NCBI GenBank assembly: GCA_040901675.1
Contig: JBBDYJ010000007.1
Span: forward strand, 11,829-45,847
DNA: 34,019 nt
From: Pirellulales bacterium
Lineage (GTDB): Bacteria > Planctomycetota > Planctomycetia > Pirellulales > JAICIG01
Direction: 5' to 3'
The position numbers were made by a program, and so were the translations under genes. This document shows, one piece after another, positions 9,528 to 18,433 of this stretch; the first letter of the stretch is position 1; every line of letters starts with the position of its first letter. The notes beneath the pieces were generated by a model, which had not been told where the DNA came from, searched no databases, and saw only the letters and a list, made by a program, of their open reading frames with translations.

Positions 9528-10940
9528 ATGGCCAGCAGCGGCGAAAACCAGGGCTTGCAGATTGCGTTGATCATCTTCGTGATGCTCACCATCCTCCTGA
9601 GCGTGACCACGTTCATGTTCTTCCAGCAGTACCAGGAAGCCGACGCGCGGAGCGTCTCGGACCAGGCCGCCGTTGCCGAGGCGACGGAGAGCTTGCGGGC
9701 GACGGTGGCCGAGGTGAGCGACGTGAAGAAGATGATCGGCGTCCCCGACACTGCCAAACATCCCGACGTCCAGGCCACTTTCGCCGAGGACATGAAGCAG
9801 TTCGGCGCCACGATTCCCGAAGACAAGCGTTACTATCGCCAGGCACTGGAATTCGTGTACACCACGTTGGCCTCGACCAACGAGCAACTCGTCGAGGCCC
9901 GCACCACCATCCAGAACCTGAAAGACAGCAACCAGGCCTTCGAAACCGCCAAGCAGCAGCAACTGGCCACGGCCGAGGCGGCCCAAAAGCAGGCGGAAGA
10001 TGCCCTGGCGGCGGCCCAGGCTTCCTTTACCGACGAGTTGGACAAGAAGAACCAGTTGGCCGCCGACCTGCAGGGAAAATTGGCGCAGAAGGACCAGGAA
10101 CTTGCCAAGGCCGCCGAGGACAGCAAGAAGCTCATTGACGACCTGACCAAGAACGTCGAGAAGCTAGAGCTGTTGGTGGACGTGGCCAACACGAAAATCA
10201 AGGAACTCGATCCGACCGTTCCCTTCGAAGTGGCTGACGGCGAGGTCCGCTGGGTGGACCAGACGAGTGCATCGGTGTGGATCAACGTCGGGCAGGCCGA
10301 CGGGCTGCGGCGAGGAATCACGTTCAGCATCGTAGGCGGCGACCAGGCGGTGGGCGGCAACCAGGTCCGCAAGGCCAGCATCGAAGTCACCGACATTCTA
10401 GGGCCGCACTTCGCCCGGGCGCGGATCGTCGAGGATGCGCTGTCGGACCCGATTGTTCAGGGCGACAAGATCTTCACGCCGCTGTGGCAGGCGGGACGCG
10501 GCGAGCAGTTCGCGATTGCCGGCTTGATCGACGTCGACGGCGACGGCGTCGACGACCGTGACATGATCCGCGACCTGATCCGCATGGCCGGCGGCACGAT
10601 CGACGCCGAAGTGGACGATAAAGGCGCTCAGACAGGCGAGATGAGCTTGAACACCCGCTACCTGATCATGGGCAAGGAGCCCGCCGATGAGGCCTTGGAC
10701 GGCTACACGGCCATTCAGAAAGAGGCCGAGCGCCTGGGAGTCCACCAGATCAACGTGGCCAAGTTCCTCGACCACGTGGGCTGGAAGGATCAAAGGCAAG
10801 TGCTGCGGTTCGGGCGGCGGGGGAATGCCGAGCAGATGACCGGCCCGGCGCCCGACGGCGGCCGGCCGGTGGCCCCCGGCGACGTCTCGGAGATCTTCAA
10901 GAAGCGCGCCCCCCCGGGCAAGCGGCAGAGCGCGTACTAG
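9528..10940 (+). CDS. Membrane-anchored coiled-coil protein with C-terminal beta-rich and BRCT-like regions (hypothetical)
   Basis: N-terminal TM (LQIALIIFVMLTILLSVTTFMFF), ~190 aa heptad-rich region, then VWINVGQADGLRRGITFSI and AGGTIDAEVD..TRYLIMG. Codon usage is typical of the genome. Confidence 0.8.
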   Translation: MASSGENQGLQIALIIFVMLTILLSVTTFMFFQQYQEADARSVSDQAAVAEATESLRATVAEVSDVKKMIGVPDTAKHPDVQATFAEDMKQFGATIPEDKRYYRQALEFVYTTLASTNEQLVEARTTIQNLKDSNQAFETAKQQQLATAEAAQKQAEDALAAAQASFTDELDKKNQLAADLQGKLAQKDQELAKAAEDSKKLIDDLTKNVEKLELLVDVANTKIKELDPTVPFEVADGEVRWVDQTSASVWINVGQADGLRRGITFSIVGGDQAVGGNQVRKASIEVTDILGPHFARARIVEDALSDPIVQGDKIFTPLWQAGRGEQFAIAGLIDVDGDGVDDRDMIRDLIRMAGGTIDAEVDDKGAQTGEMSLNTRYLIMGKEPADEALDGYTAIQKEAERLGVHQINVAKFLDHVGWKDQRQVLRFGRRGNAEQMTGPAPDGGRPVAPGDVSEIFKKRAPPGKRQSAY

Positions 10941-11030
10941 CGGGATTGCCAACCTATCCGGGAGTTTGGGCTTAGCAGCCGCCGCGATGGGTGCCCCGGC
11001 GTCCGGCCTTACAGTCTCCGGCCTGTGCAT

Positions 11031-11065
11031 GGGTGGCTGGTGGCAAAGCGTCAGCGTGCCCCAGT
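11031..11065 (+). repeat. REP-like palindrome, family A, copy 1
   Basis: GGGTGGCTGGTGGCAAAGCGTCAGCGTGCCCCAGT, nearly identical to 22482-22515 and to the reverse complement of 31570-31604. Confidence 0.85.
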
Positions 11066-11197
11066 CTCGTCTTCCTCTTCGCCTTTTTTCTCTGGTTGCT
11101 CCTTCGTCCACGGCATTCAGCAGGCGAATCTACCCGCTTGATTTTGCCGTTTCGACCGTCCAAACTGGAATCGCGGGGCCAGTTGGGGAGCCGTCCT

Positions 11198-11464
11198 ATG
11201 CCGATTCCGCTCGAAGCGCCCGAAGTGCTCAATCGCGAGTTCCTGGAGGTCCGCGCCCGGATCCTCCAGATCGCCGCCGCGTTGGATCGTATCGACCGGG
11301 CCGAAGGCACGGTCGAGGGAGACCGTCGCTTGGCGCGGATCGACGAGGCATTGGCGGTTCTGACCTCCGGCCGCCAAGCCCGAGCGGAACAGATTCAATT
11401 GATTTTCTCGCTCCCCTACCAGGAAGGCTGGCGGGCGAGCCTCGAGATCGACAAGAGCAGGTAA
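11198..11464 (+). CDS. Small helical hypothetical protein (88 aa) upstream of TatD
   Basis: Starts [35 protein letters not shown], with a GGGGAG SD before ATG 11198 and a 13-bp gap to the TatD gene. Confidence 0.8.
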   Translation: MPIPLEAPEVLNREFLEVRARILQIAAALDRIDRAEGTVEGDRRLARIDEALAVLTSGRQARAEQIQLIFSLPYQEGWRASLEIDKSR

Positions 11465-11477
11465 GGTCCGCCCCACG

Positions 11478-12311
11478 ATGTACTACATCGACCCGCATAT
11501 TCACATGGTGTCGCGCGTCACCGACGACTACGAAACGCTGGCCAAGATGGGCTGCCTGGCCGTCAGCGAGCCGGCCTTCTGGGCCGGCTTCGACCGGGGC
11601 AGCGTGGATGGCTTCCGCGACTACTTCAGACAGTTGACCCAGTTCGAGGAAAAACGGGCCGGCTGGTATGGCATCGAGCATTACACCTGGCTGTGCATCA
11701 ATGCCAAGGAAGCCGAGAACGTCAGCCTTTCGCGGCAGGTGATCGCCATGATCCCTGAGTTCCTGGATCAGCCGGGCGTGCTGGGCATCGGCGAGATCGG
11801 CTTGAACAAGAACACGCGCAACGAGGCGATCGTGTTCCTGGAGCACGTCGACCTGGCGATGAAAACCGGCGAGCAGATCCTGATCCATACCCCGCACTTG
11901 GAAGACAAGTACAAGGGGACGCGGATGATCCTCGACATGCTCTGTGACGACCGGCGCGTCGATCGCTCGCGGGTGCTGGTCGACCACGTCGAGGAGCACA
12001 CCATCCGCCCCGTGCTCGACGCAGGCTTCTGGGCCGGCATGACGCTCTACCCGGTCAGCAAGTGCACGCCCCAGCGGGCGGTCGACATGGTGGAAATGTA
12101 CGGGCCCCAGCGCCTGCTGGTCAATTCGGCGGGCGACTGGGGCCCGTCGAAGCCGACCGCGGTGCCCGACTTCATCCTGGCCATGCGTCTGCGGGGGCAC
12201 CCCGAGTCGCTGATCAAGAGAATCGTCTACGAAAACCCGCTCGAATTCTTCAGCCAGAGCCGGCACTTCCGCTTGAAACCCCCCGAGGTGCCCCAGACCG
12301 TCGACACTTGA
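11478..12311 (+). CDS. TatD-family metallohydrolase (EboB-like)
   Basis: [30 protein letters not shown] and NSAGDWG are signatures of the ebo-cluster TatD subgroup. Confidence 0.88.
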   Translation: MYYIDPHIHMVSRVTDDYETLAKMGCLAVSEPAFWAGFDRGSVDGFRDYFRQLTQFEEKRAGWYGIEHYTWLCINAKEAENVSLSRQVIAMIPEFLDQPGVLGIGEIGLNKNTRNEAIVFLEHVDLAMKTGEQILIHTPHLEDKYKGTRMILDMLCDDRRVDRSRVLVDHVEEHTIRPVLDAGFWAGMTLYPVSKCTPQRAVDMVEMYGPQRLLVNSAGDWGPSKPTAVPDFILAMRLRGHPESLIKRIVYENPLEFFSQSRHFRLKPPEVPQTVDT

Positions 12312-12427
12312 ACATTCCAGCGCCAACCATCCGCCTCCCGGCGCGGCCCACGATGTCCCAGCGCGGCCAACCCATCGCCGCCCGAGCGCCGCGGCGACAA
12401 CAATCAACCAACCCACCGAGGCAAATT

Positions 12428-13912
12428 ATGAGACATGGTCGCTCGGCCGCCCTGGTCTTGATCGCGTCGGCCTTGCTCGCCACCGCCCCGACGCACCCGG
12501 CGCTGGCCGCCGACGAAGCCGGCTTCAAGCCGTTGTTCGACGGCGCCGGCCTGGAGGGCTGGGACGGCAATCCCAAGTTCTGGTCGGTCGAGGACGGCGC
12601 GATCACCGGCCGTACTACCGCCGAGAGCCCCACGGAGGGCAACACCTTCCTGATCTGGCGCGCGGGCGAACTCGACGATTTCGAGCTGCGGCTCCAATAT
12701 CGGCTGGTGGGCGGCAACTCGGGCATCCAGTACCGCAGCACCGATCACGGTAATTGGGTGGTGGGAGGCTACCAGGCCGACTTCGAATCGGGCGACACGT
12801 ATTCCGGCATCCTCTACGAGGAACGCGGCCGCGGCATCCTGGCCCAACGCGGACAGAAAACCGAGATCGGCGAAGATCACAAGCCCCAGGTCACCGGCGC
12901 CGTGGGCGACTCGGCCCAACTGCAGGCGGCCATCAAGAGGGAGGATTGGAACGACTACACCATCATCGCTCGCGGCAATCACTTCGTTCACAAGATCAAC
13001 GGCAACGTGACGTGCGAGGTGACCGACAACGACCCGGCTGAACGGAAGATGTCGGGAGTGCTGGCGCTGCAACTGCACGCCGGGCCGGCGATGACGGTCC
13101 AGTTCAAGGAGATCCGGCTCAAGCGCCTGAAGCTGGAAGGCCGCAAGAAGATCGTGATGGTCGCGGGCCGCCCCAGCCACGGCCCCGGAGACCACGAGTT
13201 CAACGCCGGCGTCAGGCTGTTGGACCGGTGCCTGAAGGGCGTGGAGGAGGTCCAAACGGCCACGTATCACAACGGCTGGCCGAAGGACCCGACGGCCTTC
13301 GACAACGCCGACTCGATTCTGTTGTACATGGACGGGGGCGGCGGGCATCCGTTGATCGAGCCGGACCACCTGCGGCGGATGGGCGAGTTGATGCACCGGG
13401 GGGTGGGCCTGGCCTGCGTCCACTATGCGGTCGAGGTGCCCAAGGACCACGGGGGACCGGAGCTGTTGGCCTGGATCGGCGGCTACTACGAGACCGGCTA
13501 CTCGATCAATCCGCACTGGACGGCCGAATTCAAGGAGCTGCCCCAGCACCCGATCACGCGCGGCGTGAAGCCGTTCACGATTCTCGACGAGTGGTATTAC
13601 AACATCCGCCTGCGTGACGGCGCGATTCAGCCGCTGTTGGTTGCCACGCCGCCCGATGATTCGCGGCGCACGGCGGCGGCCAAACAATTCGCCGGCCGGG
13701 CCGAAATCGTGGCCTGGGCCACGGAGCGATCCGACGGGGGCCGCGGCTTCGGCTTCACCGGCGGTCACATCCACAACAACTGGGGTCACGACGATTTTCG
13801 CAAGCTGGTCTTGAACGCCCTGGTGTGGACGGCCGGGATGGAAGTCCCCGCCGAGGGCGTCGCTTCGACCGTCGCTGCCGACGAGCTGAAGCAGAACCTG
13901 GATCCGAAGTGA
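12428..13912 (+). CDS. Secreted DUF1080 (3-keto-disaccharide hydrolase-like) + ThuA-like domain protein
   Basis: Signal peptide MRHGRSAALVLIASALLA..ALA. DUF1080 motifs LFDG..LEGW, GNSGIQYRS, GYQAD, WNDY and LQLH. ThuA-like motifs SHGPGDHE, DEWYY, RGFGFTGGH and NALVWTA. Confidence 0.88.
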   Translation: MRHGRSAALVLIASALLATAPTHPALAADEAGFKPLFDGAGLEGWDGNPKFWSVEDGAITGRTTAESPTEGNTFLIWRAGELDDFELRLQYRLVGGNSGIQYRSTDHGNWVVGGYQADFESGDTYSGILYEERGRGILAQRGQKTEIGEDHKPQVTGAVGDSAQLQAAIKREDWNDYTIIARGNHFVHKINGNVTCEVTDNDPAERKMSGVLALQLHAGPAMTVQFKEIRLKRLKLEGRKKIVMVAGRPSHGPGDHEFNAGVRLLDRCLKGVEEVQTATYHNGWPKDPTAFDNADSILLYMDGGGGHPLIEPDHLRRMGELMHRGVGLACVHYAVEVPKDHGGPELLAWIGGYYETGYSINPHWTAEFKELPQHPITRGVKPFTILDEWYYNIRLRDGAIQPLLVATPPDDSRRTAAAKQFAGRAEIVAWATERSDGGRGFGFTGGHIHNNWGHDDFRKLVLNALVWTAGMEVPAEGVASTVAADELKQNLDPK

Positions 13913-14056
13913 GACGGTCCTGAGCACCAAGATCTTCCTCCAAGATCTCCCTTCCTTACTGGGTTTTCGGCCATGCTCCAGCCCCCGCTTTTCGAGCTAT
14001 GCTTGTAGTAGGTAGATAGCTCTGTATCGAACCTAACGAGCAGCGAGGACTCAGCC

Positions 14057-14560
14057 ATGGCTCACGGTTTATTGACGAGGATACTGTTGGGCGCCATCTG
14101 CGGCATTGGGGCTGCTCTCTGGACGGGCGCGGGCCAGGCCCAGGTTGCCGAAGAGATACTCCCCGGACGTCCCCATCGCCTCTATATTCCAGGGGCTGAA
14201 CCGGTGGTGGTCTACTCTCCTGGCCCAACGCCTGCGCCGCGCCTGAGGCCGTACGGCGCGCCGGCGCCGAGCGTGAGACAGTACGGCGCGCCGGCGCCGA
14301 GCGTGAGACAATACGGAGCCCCGGCACCGAGCGTGAGGCCGTATGGCGCGCCGGCGCCGAGCGTGAGGCCGTACGGAGCGGCGCCGAGCGTGACGCCATA
14401 CGGCGAGCCCGAGCCGAACTACGAGCCACGCTATTACTCCGCTGAGTCCGGCGAGGAGTCGGGACCGATTTACGTCGCCCCACGACCCATCGTCGAGCGC
14501 ACACGCAACTATTTCCGCCGCCAGCCCGTCCGCAGGGCGCTGCGCGCTTTGGCGCCGTAG
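14057..14560 (+). CDS. Secreted Pro/Tyr-rich protein with YGAPAPSVR[QP] repeats
   Basis: GAGG SD, signal peptide (..AGQA/QV), in-frame 30-bp repeats with synonymous variation, basic C-terminus. Confidence 0.75.
   Translation: MAHGLLTRILLGAICGIGAALWTGAGQAQVAEEILPGRPHRLYIPGAEPVVVYSPGPTPAPRLRPYGAPAPSVRQYGAPAPSVRQYGAPAPSVRPYGAPAPSVRPYGAAPSVTPYGEPEPNYEPRYYSAESGEESGPIYVAPRPIVERTRNYFRRQPVRRALRALAP
14251..14410 (+). repeat. 30-bp coding tandem repeat (about 5 copies)
   Basis: Units start at 14251, 14281, 14311, 14341 and 14371 (the last is 27 bp). Consensus GTACGGCGCGCCGGCGCCGAGCGTGAG(AC/GC)(A/C). No spacers. Confidence 0.92.
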
Positions 14561-14571
14561 CGTGCCTCCAG

Positions 14572-15423
14572 TTATCCTCGTCTATCGCGGTTCACCGGCC
14601 AGATCGGTTGCAGAAACTCGAAGGCGCGGCGGGCCGCTTCAGGCGCCTGGTGGCTGTGGCGGCTGAGCTCGACGTGGACCGCGCCGGCATAGCCGCTCTC
14701 GGACAGGGCGGCCAACACGGGCGGAAAGTCGATCTCGCCTTCGCCGAACATCAAGTGCTCGTGCACGCCGCGGCGCATGTCTTCCAGGTGTACGTTGACC
14801 AGCCGGCTGGCCCAGCGGCGGACCTGGTCCGCGAGCGGCAGCTCCCCCTGGCAGTGCAGGTGCCCCACGTCGAGCGTCAAGCGGAAATCCGGCGCATCGA
14901 TCAGGCCCAGCAGGTGCCCGTATCGCTGCATCGTGTCGATGAACATGCCGGGCTCGGGCTCGAAGCCGAGCGTCACGCCTCGCTGGAGAGCATAGTCGAG
15001 CGTCTCGCTGAGTCCGGCGCGGAGCCGCTCGAAGGCTTCGGCTTCCGGGATTGCCTCCGCCAGACTGCCCGACCAAAGGCTGACGCAGTCGCTCGACAGC
15101 AGGTGGGCGGCGTCGATGGCCCGCCTGAGGAAGTCGATCCGCCGGGCCCGACCCGCCGGCTCGGCCGTCATCAGCGTCGGCTCGTGCTTGTGCCGCGAGT
15201 CGAGCAGGTAGCGGGCGCCCGTCTCGATCACCGATCGCATCCCCAGCCGCTCCAGCAGCCGCCGCATCTGTGCCAGCCGGCGGGTGAACTCGCCGTCATA
15301 GGGGTCGAGCGGCCCGTGGTCAAGCGTGATGGCCACGCTCGTGTACCCGATCTCGGCCAGCAGCTCGACCGCCTGAAACGGGTGATGATGCGCCATGCCG
15401 TTCGTGTTATAGCCCAGCAGCAT
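14572..15423 (-). CDS. Sugar-phosphate isomerase/epimerase-family TIM barrel (AP_endonuc_2), ebo-cluster-associated type
   Basis: MLLGYNTNG, ITLDH, IETGARYLLD, FEPEPGM, LDVGH, HLEDM, HEHLMFGEGEIDF and VELSRH. Confidence 0.88.
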   Translation of the reverse strand: MLLGYNTNGMAHHHPFQAVELLAEIGYTSVAITLDHGPLDPYDGEFTRRLAQMRRLLERLGMRSVIETGARYLLDSRHKHEPTLMTAEPAGRARRIDFLRRAIDAAHLLSSDCVSLWSGSLAEAIPEAEAFERLRAGLSETLDYALQRGVTLGFEPEPGMFIDTMQRYGHLLGLIDAPDFRLTLDVGHLHCQGELPLADQVRRWASRLVNVHLEDMRRGVHEHLMFGEGEIDFPPVLAALSESGYAGAVHVELSRHSHQAPEAARRAFEFLQPIWPVNRDRRG

Positions 15424-15438
15424 CGTGGTCCTGATGTT

Positions 15439-16467
15439 TCATGTCGAGTAGATCCAGCGGCCCAACAGCATGGCGGGCGCTAACAGCAGCAGGATGACGA
15501 CGGCCCAGAACCCCCCGCGCACCGCCCAGCAGACGGCGGCGTCGAGCACGATCAACGAGAGGATACAGTGCTTGACGGCGGCCTGCACGTGCAACGGCTC
15601 CGGCTGGGCCACGGCGCGCAAGCATCGCCAGGTGATCAACGCTCCAAGCACGCACCAAAAGAGATACCAACGCTGCTGGACAGCCGGCCCGCCCCCGCCG
15701 TCGCCCAGCAGCACGTGGGCCGCGGGACTGGCCGCATAGCGAGGCCAGCTCACCGCCGCCAGCTCGGCATCGGCCTGGGAGGGAAACGCGGCCAATACAA
15801 CCAGGCCGGCGCCGATGACCAGCGTGGCCAGGCCGAGTTGCCAGCGGCTGCTGGCACCTGCCTCGGTGCGGGCAAACCAGGTGACGCCGGCGATATACAG
15901 TCCGATGCCGCCGGCGACGACCCAGTGCACCGCATGCCAGGCGCCGGCCATCGCGCTCATTCCCAACAAGACGTTCAAAAACCGGCACCCGCCCATGACC
16001 AGCGGCGCCGCCGGCGTTTGTTTGACTCCGCCGTCGTAAGCCAGCACGGCCAGCGCCAACAGCGTGGCCACCAGGCCTGGCCACCATTGACCGGCCAGCG
16101 CGGCGGCCAGCCAGCCGGCGGCCACCCCGGCGATGAGCAGGGCCATGCCGAGCCGCCGCGCCCTCGCCAGGGCAATGCGGCCGGAGGGGAGCGGGCGTTG
16201 CGGTCGGTCGCGGGCGTCCACGTCGAAGTCGAACACGTCGTTGAGGACCATGCCGGCCGCGTAGAGTCCCGAGGAGGAGGCCAGCAGCAGAACAAACACG
16301 GGCCAGTTCGCCAGGTCCGAATGCGTGAACAGGTAGCCCATGAACACGTCGGCCATGGCCGTGAAGACGTTCGGCAGCCGGAACAGCTCCAGATAGGCCC
16401 GCACACGCGACCCATGAGCCCCAGTGCCGCCCATCGCGGATTGATCGGACGGTTGTGTCGCGGCCAT
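15439..16467 (-). CDS. UbiA-family prenyltransferase (EboC-like)
   Basis: LELFRLPNVFTAMAD, Asp-rich NDVFDFDVDARDRPQRPLPSG, YD, MGGCRFLNVLLG and many TM helices. Confidence 0.9.
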   Translation of the reverse strand: MAATQPSDQSAMGGTGAHGSRVRAYLELFRLPNVFTAMADVFMGYLFTHSDLANWPVFVLLLASSSGLYAAGMVLNDVFDFDVDARDRPQRPLPSGRIALARARRLGMALLIAGVAAGWLAAALAGQWWPGLVATLLALAVLAYDGGVKQTPAAPLVMGGCRFLNVLLGMSAMAGAWHAVHWVVAGGIGLYIAGVTWFARTEAGASSRWQLGLATLVIGAGLVVLAAFPSQADAELAAVSWPRYAASPAAHVLLGDGGGGPAVQQRWYLFWCVLGALITWRCLRAVAQPEPLHVQAAVKHCILSLIVLDAAVCWAVRGGFWAVVILLLLAPAMLLGRWIYST

Positions 16468-16512
16468 CTTCCTCCTTCTGCCTTCCTCCTTCTGCCTCTG
16501 CCTTCTGTTTTC
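16468..16512. repeat. Pyrimidine-rich heptamer tandem repeat filling the thiO-ubiA spacer
   Basis: CTTCCTC CTTCTGC CTTCCTC CTTCTGC CTCTGC CTTCTGT. Confidence 0.7.
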
Positions 16513-17622
16513 CTACCCCCGATCAAGCCGGAATGGGGCCAGATCGATGCCAGGCGGCTCGCCGCGCATCAGCCGGCCCATCACTACCGCCGTGGCGCAC
16601 GACAACCGCAGCCCGCTGCGAAAATGGCCCGCCGCCACGAAGGCGTTGTCCAGGCCGGGTACGCGGCCCAGGTACGGCAACCCGTCGAGCGTGCCGGGAC
16701 GCAGCCCCGCCCAGCACTGCTCCAGTTGCGCGCCGCCCAGGGCAGGCACCAGGTCCAAGGCAAAGCGGATCAACGAGCCCACCGCTTCGGCGGTCGTCCG
16801 CTTGTCAAAACCGGCGTCCTCTTCCGTCGAGCCCACCAGCACGCGGCCGTCGCCGCGGGGCACCAGGTACCGCGAGCCCTCGTTGACGATCCGCCGCAGG
16901 CCGCATCCACCCGACAAGAGCACGATCTGCCCCCGCACCGGTTTGACGGCCGGCTCGAACCCGATCCGCGACAAGAGCGTTCGGGTCCAGGCTCCAGTGG
17001 CAATGCAGAACTGCCCGGCCACGAGGCGGCCGCTAGCCGTCCGCAGGGCAACGGCGCGGCCGGCCTGGACGTCAAAATCCTCGACCGCCAGGCCCGACTC
17101 GATTTCGACTCCAAGTAAACGGCAGGCCGCCGCCAGGGCCTTCAGGTGCCGGGGATTTCGGATCTGCGCTTCGTCCGGCAGCCAGCAGGCCAGGCGGCCG
17201 TCGGCGGCGGTCGTCAGTTCCGGTTCGAGCTCGATCAGGCACCGGTTATCGAGAACCTCGGTCGCCAGCCCCTCTTCGTGCCAGTCGCGTACCGCCTCCC
17301 GCAGTGCCGATTCGCCTCCCGGTTCCGCCAGGTAAATGGCACCCGAGCGGAGATAACCGTTGTCGATGCCGGTCTCTTCACGCAACTGCCTGGCCCAGCC
17401 AGGGTGCAGCTCGTGGCTCAAGCGGGCCAACTGCTGGTATGGATGGTTGCCGCCGGCCGGTCCGACGGGCGGCAGGATGCCCGCGCCGGCCCAGGAGGCT
17501 TCACGGCCGGGCAGGCCCCGCTCGACGACCCGCACCCGCACCCCGTTTCGCGCCAGTTCATACGCCAGCGAAAGGCCGATCACGCCGCCGCCGACAATCA
17601 CACAATCGGCAAGCTGGGTCAC
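16513..17622 (-). CDS. thiO: Glycine oxidase ThiO / DAO-family FAD oxidoreductase
   Basis: IVGGGVIG Rossmann motif, ASWAGAGIL, PVRGQ, YLVPR, GST.E..GF, WAGLRP and GHFRSG. GTG start at 17622 assumed. Confidence 0.85.
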   Translation of the reverse strand: MTQLADCVIVGGGVIGLSLAYELARNGVRVRVVERGLPGREASWAGAGILPPVGPAGGNHPYQQLARLSHELHPGWARQLREETGIDNGYLRSGAIYLAEPGGESALREAVRDWHEEGLATEVLDNRCLIELEPELTTAADGRLACWLPDEAQIRNPRHLKALAAACRLLGVEIESGLAVEDFDVQAGRAVALRTASGRLVAGQFCIATGAWTRTLLSRIGFEPAVKPVRGQIVLLSGGCGLRRIVNEGSRYLVPRGDGRVLVGSTEEDAGFDKRTTAEAVGSLIRFALDLVPALGGAQLEQCWAGLRPGTLDGLPYLGRVPGLDNAFVAAGHFRSGLRLSCATAVVMGRLMRGEPPGIDLAPFRLDRG

Positions 17623-17719
17623 GGCTCGATCCAGGGGAAGAAGAAAAACTTCGCAGACCACTCATTCTATATCGCCGGCCCCGAGCGTCGAGTGGCGAGC
17701 CGGCACTGCGGCTTCTCCT

Positions 17720-18433
17720 TCAGCACGCAAATCCGCCGCTCGCCTGCCAGGCTTCATCGACGGCCAGGGCCAACCCGCCCAACTCGGCCGATTCATCGTT
17801 CAACGAGTGGAGCTCGGCCCGCAGCCGCCGCAGATCGTCCAGCGTGTCGACGTCGTACCAATCGGGCAGTTGGCCGAAGCTGCACGCAGCCGCGTTCAAG
17901 CGATCGACTGTCTGCTGCCAGACGGCCGGCGTGCTCATGGCGATGCCGTCAAAGATCGGCGGCACGCGGCACGCGGCGCCGACGAGGTGATAACCTCCAT
18001 CGGCCGAGGGCCCGAGCACCACCTCGTGCTCGTTCAACAACTCGAAGGCCAGCTCGACGTGCCGCCTGGGCAGCGAGGGACTGTCCGACCCGATCAGCAC
18101 GACCTCGCGCATGCCTGCCGCGAAAGCCTTTTCGAAATAGCACCGCATCCGCGGGGCCAGCTCGCCCGGGCCTTGCGGTTCGACTCCCCATTGCGAGCCC
18201 GCCACTTCGCCGAACTCGCCGGCTCGATCGTCGGGCGTCACGGCCAGCACCCGCCGGCTGGGCATGTCGCCAAACCGCTCGGCCAACGTCTCGACAAACC
18301 GCCGGTAGAGCGCTGCGGCCGCGTCGTCGCCCAGGCCGGCGGCCAGGCGGGTCTTGACCTTCCCCGGTTCCCAAAACCTGGCAAAGATGCCCAACTGCCG
18401 CGGGCCGGTGGATTGCGGACGGCGATGGTTCAT
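17720..18433 (-). CDS. DUF2064 / TIGR04282-like glycosyltransferase (CofC-like fold)
   Basis: IFAR..EPGKVKTRLA, QG.GEL..RM, LIGSDSPSL, VLGPSADGGYHLVG and WYDVDT..DL. Its ATG overlaps the glutaredoxin stop (ATGA). Confidence 0.88.
   Translation of the reverse strand: MNHRRPQSTGPRQLGIFARFWEPGKVKTRLAAGLGDDAAAALYRRFVETLAERFGDMPSRRVLAVTPDDRAGEFGEVAGSQWGVEPQGPGELAPRMRCYFEKAFAAGMREVVLIGSDSPSLPRRHVELAFELLNEHEVVLGPSADGGYHLVGAACRVPPIFDGIAMSTPAVWQQTVDRLNAAACSFGQLPDWYDVDTLDDLRRLRAELHSLNDESAELGGLALAVDEAWQASGGFAC

Noticed and set aside
14251..14410. Possible CRISPR array (30-bp repeats)
   Set aside because: The units are directly adjacent with no unique spacers, vary at synonymous positions of an ORF, and no cas genes are present.
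14572..15423. Calling this gene eboE
   Set aside because: Its N-terminus (GYNTNG) differs from what I recall for canonical EboE, so the symbol is withheld.
17720..18433. Arsenosugar biosynthesis cluster
   Set aside because: Only the DUF2064/TIGR04282-like gene is present. No arsM, radical SAM or partner glycosyltransferase in the window.
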